Assembly: GCA_944391475.1 (NCBI GenBank)
Contig: CALXTR010000004.1
Span: forward strand, 25,807 to 89,806
DNA from: an uncultured Alphaproteobacteria bacterium
GTDB taxonomy: Bacteria; Pseudomonadota; Alphaproteobacteria; RF32; CAG-239
Direction: 5' to 3'
DNA: 64,000 bases
Shown: in pieces, positions 1 through 8,762 of the stretch
Numbering within the stretch: position 1 is the stretch's first letter
How the letters are laid out: every line of letters begins with the position of its first letter
The notes under the pieces: model-generated
Told to the model about the DNA's origin: nothing
Seen by the model: the letters and a program-made list of their open reading frames with translations, nothing else
The model's database searches: none
Translations under genes and position numbers: made by a program

Positions 1-335
1 GTTTTGCAACCAGGCTCGGCGCGACCTACCTCTGGAAGGAGTGGGAACTCTCCGATACTAAATTTCAAAAGAAATTCGTCCTAACTTGGTCTTGCTTCAG
101 ACAGGGTTTGCCTGGACCATCCTTGTTGCCAAGAATGCGGTGAGCTCTTACCTCGCCTTTTCAACCTTACCTTCCATATAGAAAGGCGGTAATTTTCTGC
201 GGTACTTTCCCTTGGGTTTCCCCAGCCAGACGTTATCTGGTGTCTTGTTCCCTTGAAGCCCGGACTTTCCTCACAAGTGGATTTTACTTTCCGTTGCGCG
301 GCTATCCGGCCACCCGTTTGCTAATTTAACCATTA
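1..335 (-). ncRNA. rnpB: RNase P RNA (rnpB, type A). The 3' part is cut off by the window edge.
   Basis: The minus strand reads GAGGAAAGTCCGGGCT (P4 5' strand, plus-strand coordinates 270..262). CCAGATAACGTCTGG...GGGGAAACCC, GGTAAGGTTGAAAAGGCGAGGTAAGAGCTCACCGC and GGTAGGTCGCGCCGAGCCTGG match the conserved P10-P12, P13/14 and P15-P18 regions of bacterial RNase P RNA. The 5' end is estimated about 61 nt upstream of the GGAAAGTCC motif. Confidence 0.8.
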
Positions 336-525
336 TAAAATTTTTTTGCAAGAAAAAATTATCCACATCTTCCGTCACCATAAATCTATATTTTGTGCCT
401 TTCGAAATTAAAAACACAACATATTGAATATAGGCGAAAAAATTTAATAATATATGCATTTTCCCATTGCATCCCATGAAATCCCATGTTATACCATAAA
501 TAGTGGTGGTGAATTAGGGGGCAAA

Positions 526-999
526 ATGAGAAGTAATTTTCTCTTTTTAGATACAATAATCAATAAGGTGGACGCCAAAGGTCGCGTTTCTCTGCCCTCA
601 GATTACCGCGCAATAGTTAAAGAAACGTCAAGCGAAATCGTGTGCTATAGAAGCCTCACTTCTCCTTGCATTGAAGGCTGCTTGGAAGATTTGCTTGACA
701 AACTTGCCACCGAAATTGAGACCTCTACCGATTTTTTCTCTCAGACCCAAGATGATTTGACCAACCTGATTTTTGGTGATGCTAAGCGTTTTCCGTTTGA
801 CAGCACCGGTCGCATCGGGCTCACGGAAAAGCTCTTAAAACACGCCAATATTACCGACACAGCCGTATTTGTCGGGAAAGGTCGTAAATTCCAGATTTGG
901 AACCCCGAAAACTGGGAAAAAGAAGAAGCGCGTATCAGAGCCGAAGTGCTCAAAAACCGACCGGTTCTTCGCCCTACCCTCAAAGAGGAGAATAAGTGA
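526..999 (+). CDS. mraZ: Transcriptional regulator MraZ
   Basis: ORF 454..999. The N-terminus MRSNFLFLDTIINKVDAKGRVSLPSDYR matches the MraZ start (NxxDxKGRxSxP motif). The preferred start is the ATG at 526, preceded by a GGGGG RBS; the upstream extension would overlap the rnpB promoter region. The gene sits first in the dcw cluster. Confidence 0.8.
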   Translation: MRSNFLFLDTIINKVDAKGRVSLPSDYRAIVKETSSEIVCYRSLTSPCIEGCLEDLLDKLATEIETSTDFFSQTQDDLTNLIFGDAKRFPFDSTGRIGLTEKLLKHANITDTAVFVGKGRKFQIWNPENWEKEEARIRAEVLKNRPVLRPTLKEENK

Positions 1000-1919
1000 T
1001 GATTCCCGGCGGCTATGACAAACATTTTCCGGTGATGCTCCAAGAAGTATTATCCTCACTTTCACCTCAAGACGGGAAAACATATGTCGATGCCACTTTT
1101 GGAAACGGTGGCTACAGTGAAGCCATTCTCAATGCAGCCAACTGCAACCTCATTGCGCTTGACCGTGACCCCAATGTATTGCCCCGCACTGAAGAGTTCG
1201 CACAAAAATACGGCAATCGCTTCCGTTTTATTCCCGGTTGTTTCGGAGATTTTGAAACATTGGTTAACCAGCCGATTGACGGCGCCGTATTTGATATTGG
1301 AGTTTCTTCAATGCAGCTTGACCAAGCTGAGCGTGGTTTTTCGTTTGGGAAAGATGCTCCTTTAGATATGCGGATGTCATGCCATGGTGAAACTGCGGCA
1401 GATTTAGTGAATTCACTTTCCGAGCAAGAGCTGGCCGACCTCATTTATCAATATGGCGAAGAGCGAAAATCTCGCCAAATTGCCAATAAAATCGTTAACT
1501 TCCGCAAAACCAAACCTATTGAAACCACTCGTGAACTGGCGGAAATTATCTATACCGTCATTCACAAAAATCCCAATACCATTGATCCGGCTACCCGCAC
1601 TTTTCAAGCCTTGCGTATTGCCGTAAACGATGAACTAGGCGAGCTTAAGAGAGGGTTGCAAGGCGCAGCCAATCTCCTTAACCCCCAAGGGCGTTTGGTG
1701 GTGGTGAGTTTTCATTCTTTGGAGGATAGGATTGTAAAATCTTTCTTCAAGGAAAACACGGGGAAGAACCAGCATATCTCAAAATATGCCACTTCTCCCC
1801 AAACAACAGACTGCAATATCTTTGCCAGCTGTTCTAAAGCTATTGAGCCTTCTCAGGAGGAGACAAAGCTCAATAAGCGTTCACGCTCGGCAAAATTGAG
1901 ATTTGCAGTCAAAAAGTAA
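999..1919 (+). CDS. rsmH: 16S rRNA (cytosine1402-N4)-methyltransferase RsmH/MraW
   Basis: DATFGNGGYSEAIL and VVVSFHSLEDRIVK are classic RsmH motifs. The ATG at 999 overlaps the mraZ stop (TGATG); the GTG at 996 is an alternative start. Confidence 0.9.
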   Translation: MIPGGYDKHFPVMLQEVLSSLSPQDGKTYVDATFGNGGYSEAILNAANCNLIALDRDPNVLPRTEEFAQKYGNRFRFIPGCFGDFETLVNQPIDGAVFDIGVSSMQLDQAERGFSFGKDAPLDMRMSCHGETAADLVNSLSEQELADLIYQYGEERKSRQIANKIVNFRKTKPIETTRELAEIIYTVIHKNPNTIDPATRTFQALRIAVNDELGELKRGLQGAANLLNPQGRLVVVSFHSLEDRIVKSFFKENTGKNQHISKYATSPQTTDCNIFASCSKAIEPSQEETKLNKRSRSAKLRFAVKK

Positions 1920-1945
1920 CACGATAGCCAGAAAGGAAACGTGAC

Positions 1946-2332
1946 ATGAATAGTACAAGATCGGCAACTTTGGCATTATGGGTAACTTTGACCTTTTTGC
2001 TCGGTTCTGGACTGTTAGTAATGAAAAACCAGGTGCAAACCCTAGAAAATCGTTTGGTGAGTATCAACAAGGATATTGAAACCGACATCAAAACTATTCA
2101 TATTTTGCAGGCTGAATGGAGCCACTTGAACTCTCCTTCAAGACTGCGTAAGCTTGCGGAGAAACATATTTTGTTAAATCCGATACGAGCTGAACAAATT
2201 ATTAACTATTCTCAGGTACCATTCGAATATGAGAATAGCGAATCTGACAAACGACGCTTGGCTCAGAAAAATATTGCAGATTATGCGGCAAAAAACAAAG
2301 AACTGAAGCGTTTGGCCAGAGCTCAAAGATAA
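1946..2332 (+). CDS. ftsL: Cell division protein FtsL-like (small bitopic coiled-coil protein)
   Basis: 128 aa with an N-terminal transmembrane helix followed by a coiled coil. The position immediately after rsmH matches the alphaproteobacterial dcw order. The RBS is GAAAGGAAA. Confidence 0.6.
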   Translation: MNSTRSATLALWVTLTFLLGSGLLVMKNQVQTLENRLVSINKDIETDIKTIHILQAEWSHLNSPSRLRKLAEKHILLNPIRAEQIINYSQVPFEYENSESDKRRLAQKNIADYAAKNKELKRLARAQR

Positions 2333-2380
2333 AACAAGAACAAACAATAACACAGATTATAGTGGCAGAAGCAACGAATT

Positions 2381-4129
2381 ATGTGGGGAAAGTATTTTTC
2401 TAGAGATGGACGGGATAACTTCTATCTTCCCGGACAAGAAATTAAAATCGGGAGAAGTTTAGCTCTCAGGAACTTGACCTGCGAGAAAGATCCGTTGTCG
2501 ACCTGTCGAGTGCGCGTGCTTGTGGCCGTAATGGGCTTTATGTTTGTGTATTTGGTTATTGCTCTTCGGCTTTTTGATGTGTGTGTGGTCGAAAACTTGC
2601 GCTCGGAAAGAAATGTGGCCGAAGCACCAATCCTTGAAGTTATGCCAGACAGCCCCATTAAACGTGCCGATATTACTGACCGCAACGGCGCTATCATTGC
2701 GACCTCTCTTCCTACCGTTAACCTATTTGCTAACCCTAAAAAAATCTTGAATCCTCAAAAAGCAGCTATGGAGCTTGCTCGCATTTTGCCTGATTTACGT
2801 TATGAGGATATTTTATCAAAACTCAAACGTCGCGGAAGCTTTGTTTATATCAAACGCAACCTCACTCCTTCTCAGCAATATCAGATTAACTATCTCGGAA
2901 TTCCGGGGCTGGAGTTTGAAAATGGGGAAAAACGTATTTATCCTCACAAAAACTTGTTTGCTCATGTAATTGGTAACACCAATATTGACAATATCGGTAT
3001 CTCGGGCTTGGAGAAAAAGCTTGATGAACGTTTGACCCACTCTGATATTCCGCTAAAACTCTCAATCGATTTGGGTGTACAAGATACTATTCGCGAAATT
3101 TTAGCTCAGGGTATGCAAAAATTTAGTGCAAACGGTGCGACTGCAATTTTAATGGATGTGAACACCAGTGAAATTATTGCGATGGTTTCTCTACCTGATT
3201 ATGATCCTAACCGCACCCAAAACCCAGGTTCGAAAGCTCAATTTAATATGGCAACCAAAGGTGTGTATGAACCAGGTTCTGTCCTTAAAGTGTTTAATAC
3301 CGCAATGTCTTTAGAAAGTGGCAAAGTCAAAGTTGCTGATACTTTTGATGCTACCCAGCCGCTTAAGCTCAAGTACAATGTCATTAAAGATTATCGTGGT
3401 GAAAATCGTTGGCTCTCGGTGCCAGAAATTTTAATCTATTCTTCTAATATTGGTTCTGCACGCATGGCTTTTAAGGCCGGAGGCGATGAACAAAAAGAAT
3501 TTATGCGCAAAATCGGTTTCTTCCAAGAACTGCCGATTGAGGTCCCAGAAAAAGGAAAGCCCCTTGTACCTAAACGCTGGGGCGAAGGAACAATTGCAAC
3601 GGTTGCTTTTGGTTATGGTTTGGCGGTAACTCCTTTACACGTTATCACGGCCTTTTCGGCAATGGTAAACGGCGGTATTTATCACGATCCAACGCTGATT
3701 AAAAAAGAGCAAAATGATGACGGGCGCAGAGTAATTTCTTATAATACCTCGCAATCCATGCGCAAATTCTTGCGTTTGGTGGTGGTGGAAGGTTCGGGCA
3801 AACGGGCCAATGTCAAAGGTTATGAAGTGGCTGGTAAAACCGGTACGGCTAACAAACTCTCGGCCGAAGGTAAGTATGTGGACAAGAAAGTACGCACAAC
3901 CTTTGTATCGGCTTTCCCGATTTCTAACCCCAAATACGCCTTGTTGTTGATGCTCGATGAGCCTAAAGCCACCAAAGAAACCTGGGGATTTGTAACCTCT
4001 GGTTGGAACAGTGTGCCAACAGGTGGAAAAATCATTGAGGCAATTGCACCGCAGCTCAACCTCAAAGCCAACTATGACCTTGATGAATTGCGCCAAGAGC
4101 GGATTATTGAAGCTTCTTACAGTCGCTAG
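2381..4129 (+). CDS. ftsI: Peptidoglycan D,D-transpeptidase FtsI (PBP3)
   Basis: A transmembrane anchor is followed by a PBP dimerisation domain and a transpeptidase domain. The STxK active-site motif is present in ATSLPT..., with SxN- and KTGT-like (AGKTGTA) motifs. A later in-frame start at 2531 is possible. Confidence 0.85.
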   Translation: MWGKYFSRDGRDNFYLPGQEIKIGRSLALRNLTCEKDPLSTCRVRVLVAVMGFMFVYLVIALRLFDVCVVENLRSERNVAEAPILEVMPDSPIKRADITDRNGAIIATSLPTVNLFANPKKILNPQKAAMELARILPDLRYEDILSKLKRRGSFVYIKRNLTPSQQYQINYLGIPGLEFENGEKRIYPHKNLFAHVIGNTNIDNIGISGLEKKLDERLTHSDIPLKLSIDLGVQDTIREILAQGMQKFSANGATAILMDVNTSEIIAMVSLPDYDPNRTQNPGSKAQFNMATKGVYEPGSVLKVFNTAMSLESGKVKVADTFDATQPLKLKYNVIKDYRGENRWLSVPEILIYSSNIGSARMAFKAGGDEQKEFMRKIGFFQELPIEVPEKGKPLVPKRWGEGTIATVAFGYGLAVTPLHVITAFSAMVNGGIYHDPTLIKKEQNDDGRRVISYNTSQSMRKFLRLVVVEGSGKRANVKGYEVAGKTGTANKLSAEGKYVDKKVRTTFVSAFPISNPKYALLLMLDEPKATKETWGFVTSGWNSVPTGGKIIEAIAPQLNLKANYDLDELRQERIIEASYSR

Positions 4130-4133
4130 AACT

Positions 4134-5294
4134 CTAATTAGGTGAGTAAATCTTGCTGTTTTCAGGAATGGGCGCGCCAATGCCTTTTTCTAAAACATCA
4201 ACCGGTACAAAACCCATTTCGCCATTATCAACCATGACCCGATACCACTTACTATCAGGGGTTACCCCGCTGATACGAACGGTATGATTTTCCGGAAGTT
4301 CGAACATAACATCAAACTCTTTAGCCGGACCATACATTACCTTAGCCTCGCCTTTGAAGTGATATAATTTACTGGTATCATTAACATCAACCGGAATATT
4401 GAGCACTTTAGATACCACAATGTCGTCCACTGTTTGTTCACCGTTACTAAACTTAACCCGTTGGAAATAGGTTATCTCATCTTTTTTAGCAAACAACTTC
4501 ATCAACTCGGCATCACTAATGACGCTTGATGTAAGCGGAAACAGTGCCACAACAAACAACATTATCGGTACCGCTAATTGCAACATTTTTAACTTGGCAT
4601 AGTTCCAATGCGGCAAACGAGCTTTGTCGGTGCGAACTCCGGTTAGTCTAATAAACCGCTCCAACAAATCCTTTTGCTTATCATCGGCATATTCTTTAGC
4701 TTGCAGCGCCGAAAGCATAGACTTTTCCATTTTATTGTCTTGATAATATGCAATCGCATTATGAATGAGCAAGGTCAAATTTTGCGACCGATTGTGATTA
4801 ATGGCACTATAATTATGCGCAATAGCCTGCACGTTTTTGAACAGAGCCGGAATGCCCCACCAGCCTAAAAGCCAATTGCTAACCGAGGCTTTTAGCACCA
4901 CGGCCGGAGCTTCTAAAGCATTGCAGATTTCATCATCATTGCGTACTGAAGTGGAAACGATTTTGCCCCAAACCTTTTGCAAAGAGAAGGTGCGGATAAA
5001 CGGATTTTCAATTCCGGCGCGATCCTTATAAACTTTCAAGTTTGACATATCAGGAAAATTTTTGCTGACATAGGCCTGGCTTAACAAATCATATATAAGC
5101 CGGCTTTTCTCATCTTTTAATACATCATAGGCAACGGAGAGGTGTTGGAACTTCTCGGTTGCTTCCTCGCTGGTATTATGGTCAGGGTGCCAGCGTTTGG
5201 CTCGCTCGCGGTAGTTAGCTTTTATCTCAGCTTCGCTTGCGGCGGGAGTGAGGTCTAATATCTGATAATATCCTAAAGGGTCACGCATACTCAT
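4134..5294 (-). CDS. J-domain (DnaJ-like) membrane protein with a C-terminal SH3-like domain
   Basis: The N-terminal J domain carries the HPD motif (YYQILDL...YRERAKRWHPDHN...LSVAYDVLKD). A central transmembrane helix (LAVPIMLFVVALFPL) is followed by a C-terminal SH3-like stretch (SKWYRVMVDNGEMGFVPVDVLE). The start ATG overlaps the stop of the upstream 558-aa ORF as ATGA. Confidence 0.7.
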   Translation of the reverse strand: MSMRDPLGYYQILDLTPAASEAEIKANYRERAKRWHPDHNTSEEATEKFQHLSVAYDVLKDEKSRLIYDLLSQAYVSKNFPDMSNLKVYKDRAGIENPFIRTFSLQKVWGKIVSTSVRNDDEICNALEAPAVVLKASVSNWLLGWWGIPALFKNVQAIAHNYSAINHNRSQNLTLLIHNAIAYYQDNKMEKSMLSALQAKEYADDKQKDLLERFIRLTGVRTDKARLPHWNYAKLKMLQLAVPIMLFVVALFPLTSSVISDAELMKLFAKKDEITYFQRVKFSNGEQTVDDIVVSKVLNIPVDVNDTSKLYHFKGEAKVMYGPAKEFDVMFELPENHTVRISGVTPDSKWYRVMVDNGEMGFVPVDVLEKGIGAPIPENSKIYSPN

Positions 5295-6967
5295 ATATAT
5301 ATTCCATCCTGCAAAAGTGGGGGTTCGGGTTCATCATCGCATAGCTTGATAAACTTTTCTTTAATATTAATCCGAATATTACCGGCATAGTCAACCTCTG
5401 ACAGAGATTTCCTAAATAAATTCATAATTTCGGTGCAAAAGTCGGTATCAATTTCCTTTTCGGTACGGATAATAAGGTCAAAGCGTCTCTCTTGCGGCAG
5501 CGAAAAACCATCAAACTGAAAACCGCCCAGAGCCGTAAAAGAAGTATCAACCACAAAACGAGCTGCGCCTTTGCCTTTGGGGCTGGACTGTTGGTGGCGC
5601 CCATCTTTACCAAACCTTCTAACTGCAATCTGAATTCGGCTTAAGTTTTCGGCCCCATAAAACGGAATTTCAATAATCCGCCACTGGGTATTATCTTCAC
5701 GACGGCCGATAATCATATCTTCTAAGCGGGCCAAGGCCTTTTGTCCCTCGGGGCCGGAAAGGCGCAAGCTATCGACCACATCTTGCCCCAACCAACTCTC
5801 AATTTTTCCCTCACCGGTGGCTTTGAGAAAGGTCATAATATTAGATAGCATTTTGTGGTTGTGAGCCGGAATTTTATCAATAATGGCATTGTAAACCTTT
5901 GGTGACACCTGTGTTTGGAGCGGAGCCAAAATTTCGTGTAACTTGCTTCCTAATGACTGCGCTGTTCCTCCCTCTGATTTTTGGTTTATTTTAGGTTCTC
6001 GTTCTAGCCCCAGCAGTTCGGAAAAACGCAGGATAAATTTTTCACCAACGGCGATTTTGAGCGGAACTTCAGGGATTATCTCGCCTAAGGGCGTACGCAA
6101 CACAACTTTATCCCCGCGCAGGGAGGTTTCAGCCGTAATCTCGCGGCCAGAGGGACCATTTTCAAAAAAGTTTTTAATGGTCTCAATTATCTTTTCAGGC
6201 AAGCCTTGAGATAGTTTTGTATCAATACTGCTTGGCTGGTTGGAATATACCGCAGAATTGCTCTGTGGCAAAGATGTTTCCAGCAAAGGTTTGAGTGTGG
6301 CAGCCAAATTACGGATAACTTCCGGTAAGCTTTGAGCCATTGTAGTTGGTGGTGGCGAAACCGTAGTATTTGATTGCAACGCTGTTTCGACAATTTCGGG
6401 TTTGAGTGACAAATTTTCAATCAAATTGGATAGTTGGCGGATTTCAGAGCTCCCTACTCCCATAGCGGATAATTCACGTGCCAAAAGTGGCTGCAAGCGC
6501 AGCGGAACCAAAGCGACATCTTGCAAATTGCCAATGGTTTTAACCACTGCCGCAGTATTGCTAATAGTGTCTTTTATTGCTGACGTGGATACAAAATTTT
6601 CAACCTTCTGCCCATCAACACTTATCAAGCGGACATCTATCCGCTGAGGAGTTTTGGCGACTACTCGCGCCTGAATTTGGCTGGCTTGTTCAGGAAGCTG
6701 TACTTGTGGTGGCAAGTTCATTGTAACGGTAGCATTTGCGCTCCCGGTGTTCTCCCCGCTTCCTACACCTAAATCAATACTGACCAGCAACTTTCCGGTT
6801 AAGGTTTGCATAGTTTGCGGCTTAATCTGCAGGTTAATCTGCTGGCCTAAATTCAGGTTTCCCATGCCGCCTTCGGGAGTTTCAATCCCTGCGGTCACCC
6901 CAGAGCCGGTACTGCCGCCTTCGGGAAGAGTCACATTTAGCGGCGGAACCAGATTAGTCATTGGCAA
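5291..6967 (-). CDS. Hypothetical protein encoded inside the flagellar export operon (no recognisable domain)
   Basis: A 558-aa ORF directly downstream of flhG, overlapping its last codons. The sequence is Gly/Ser/Thr/Pro-rich. The first codon at 6967 is TTG; the ATG at 6961 is an alternative start. No confident motif was found. Confidence 0.5.
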   Translation of the reverse strand: MPMTNLVPPLNVTLPEGGSTGSGVTAGIETPEGGMGNLNLGQQINLQIKPQTMQTLTGKLLVSIDLGVGSGENTGSANATVTMNLPPQVQLPEQASQIQARVVAKTPQRIDVRLISVDGQKVENFVSTSAIKDTISNTAAVVKTIGNLQDVALVPLRLQPLLARELSAMGVGSSEIRQLSNLIENLSLKPEIVETALQSNTTVSPPPTTMAQSLPEVIRNLAATLKPLLETSLPQSNSAVYSNQPSSIDTKLSQGLPEKIIETIKNFFENGPSGREITAETSLRGDKVVLRTPLGEIIPEVPLKIAVGEKFILRFSELLGLEREPKINQKSEGGTAQSLGSKLHEILAPLQTQVSPKVYNAIIDKIPAHNHKMLSNIMTFLKATGEGKIESWLGQDVVDSLRLSGPEGQKALARLEDMIIGRREDNTQWRIIEIPFYGAENLSRIQIAVRRFGKDGRHQQSSPKGKGAARFVVDTSFTALGGFQFDGFSLPQERRFDLIIRTEKEIDTDFCTEIMNLFRKSLSEVDYAGNIRINIKEKFIKLCDDEPEPPLLQDGIYI

Positions 6968-7766
6968 CTAACCTCTTGGCGATGGCATAAACATCTTCAG
7001 CCGCTTCGGATGTGGGGTAGCGGTTAAAAATTGTACTTTGGTTGCGAATGGCGTCGCGGACGCGGGTATCTCGACGGACAATCCCCAACAGCGGCGGATT
7101 TATCTTTAAGAAATTGGTACAAGCTTTGAGCAATGTATCATAAGTGCGCTGGCCTTCACGCAAAGAATTGGCCTGATTGACCACAATGCTAATATCGCAT
7201 TTAGTATATTGCATGGTCATAATCTTGATAAAAGCATAGGCATCGGTCAAAGAAGTGGGTTCATCGGTACAAACTACAATTATCTTTTCGGCTAAGCCAG
7301 ACAAAATCCTCACTGGTTTTTCTACTCCGGCACCCATATCCAAAATTACCTTATCGTAAGAAGAGGCCAATACATTCAAATCCTCTCCTAATATCTGCAA
7401 TCTACCGACCGGAAGAGAGGCCAAACCTGCAGAGCCCGAACGACCGGCAATGACATCAAAGTGTCCTTTATCATAATGATGTACAACCTGATTTAAGGTA
7501 AGGCTTCCCGAAACAACGCTCCCGATATCATATTTTGCCATTAACCCTAACTGAATGTCGACATTAGCCAAGCCTAAGTCGCCGTCAAAAAGTAAGGTCT
7601 TTTGTTTTAAGATGCTAAGCGAGTGTGCCAAGGTGATGGAAAACCAAGTTTTGCCAACACCGCCCTTACCCGAGGCAACCGCAATCAGGTTCTTGCCTTT
7701 TTTGGTGCTACGGGGAGTGGTCCCTCGGGGCATGATTTTTAGTTCTTCGGGTTTGTTTTGTTCCAT
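6954..7766 (-). CDS. flhG: Flagellar number regulator FlhG/FleN (MinD-type ATPase)
   Basis: A deviant Walker A motif (GKGGVGKT) and MinD/ParA-family features. The gene is immediately downstream of flhF. Confidence 0.8.
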   Translation of the reverse strand: MEQNKPEELKIMPRGTTPRSTKKGKNLIAVASGKGGVGKTWFSITLAHSLSILKQKTLLFDGDLGLANVDIQLGLMAKYDIGSVVSGSLTLNQVVHHYDKGHFDVIAGRSGSAGLASLPVGRLQILGEDLNVLASSYDKVILDMGAGVEKPVRILSGLAEKIIVVCTDEPTSLTDAYAFIKIMTMQYTKCDISIVVNQANSLREGQRTYDTLLKACTNFLKINPPLLGIVRRDTRVRDAIRNQSTIFNRYPTSEAAEDVYAIAKRLVAND

Positions 7767-7793
7767 GGCATCCTCTTTTCACTTAAAAAATTT

Positions 7794-8750
7794 TTAAGCC
7801 AAAATCAGTTTACTTAATCCGGCAGGTGTTATCTCTGATAAACCTCCGGCAATGTTTGCGCTCACACTAGCTGCACTAAAACTCAGTTCGCAACAAGCGG
7901 CAACCGATAATAGTGAGCCGATGCGGCGGGTTAAATCAAGCCGGGTTGGCAAAAGTTGTTTGGCACCAAGTTCGGTAAAGACTTCGGCTATTTCTATAGC
8001 TTCATAAGTATTGCTACCTGCAGACATAACCAAAATCTTATCTCCTTTAATTACCTCCAGCCAGCGACCGACTTTTTTGACATCTTCTTCTAAAAACGGA
8101 TTAATCCCCGGGGTATCTATCAAGACCAAATCATAATTTTTTTCAGCCTTTTGCAACAGCTCGTACAAATTGCGCTCGCTCTTACAGAAGAAAAAATCTT
8201 GCTCCAAAATCTTGGCAAAAGCTTCTAACTGCTTGTTGGCTCCGGCGCGGACATTATCAGTGGAAACAATGCAACAAGAAAGCTTTTTCATCAGCGCTAA
8301 AGCCGCCGTTTTGGCAATGGCGGTGGACTTGCCGCTACCGGGAGCCCCCATAAAAACTTTGCAAGGGTTGCTTTTATCTAAGATATCGCAATAAGTATAT
8401 AACTCCCCTAATGCCAACTCCAAGAGCCTACGGTCATCAAAAATTTGCCGCTCGGCACTCAACTTCCTAACTGCAGATAATATCCGCTGTTTAACCAAGT
8501 CCAAAGTATCGTGATATTCTAAACTCTCGCGCAGCAAGCGGTCGGTATAGCGCGAGGGATTGTCGTGCACTTCCAGTTCTTGTGCTTCGTTAAAGCTAAT
8601 CTCTTGGGTTTCTTCAACGGCAGCAGTAACTCTGATTTGTCCGTCGTCCAAGGTTTCAGTCGAAATAATGACGGCATCATTGCCCAAAGCCTCGCGGGCT
8701 AAGCTCATAGCCTCCAAACTTCCTGATGCAGTAAAGGTTTTGATTTTCAT
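7794..8750 (-). CDS. flhF: Flagellar biosynthesis GTPase FlhF (SRP-type)
   Basis: SRP-GTPase motifs GAPGSGKST and DTPG, with a B-domain-like N-terminus. The gene lies between flhA and flhG. Confidence 0.8.
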   Translation of the reverse strand: MKIKTFTASGSLEAMSLAREALGNDAVIISTETLDDGQIRVTAAVEETQEISFNEAQELEVHDNPSRYTDRLLRESLEYHDTLDLVKQRILSAVRKLSAERQIFDDRRLLELALGELYTYCDILDKSNPCKVFMGAPGSGKSTAIAKTAALALMKKLSCCIVSTDNVRAGANKQLEAFAKILEQDFFFCKSERNLYELLQKAEKNYDLVLIDTPGINPFLEEDVKKVGRWLEVIKGDKILVMSAGSNTYEAIEIAEVFTELGAKQLLPTRLDLTRRIGSLLSVAACCELSFSAASVSANIAGGLSEITPAGLSKLILA

Positions 8751-8762
8751 TTGCCTTTACTC

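Noticed and set aside
271-477. 68-aa ORF on the minus strand
   Set aside because: It overlaps the 5' part of RNase P RNA and the AT-rich mraZ upstream region. It has no RBS and a low-complexity sequence, so it is spurious.
5291-6967. Idea that the 558-aa protein is a PilZ/YcgR-type c-di-GMP receptor or a second FliK
   Set aside because: The RxxxR and DxSxxG spacing does not fit. The FliK C-terminal signature is instead found in the ORF at 19332..21083. The protein is left as unknown.
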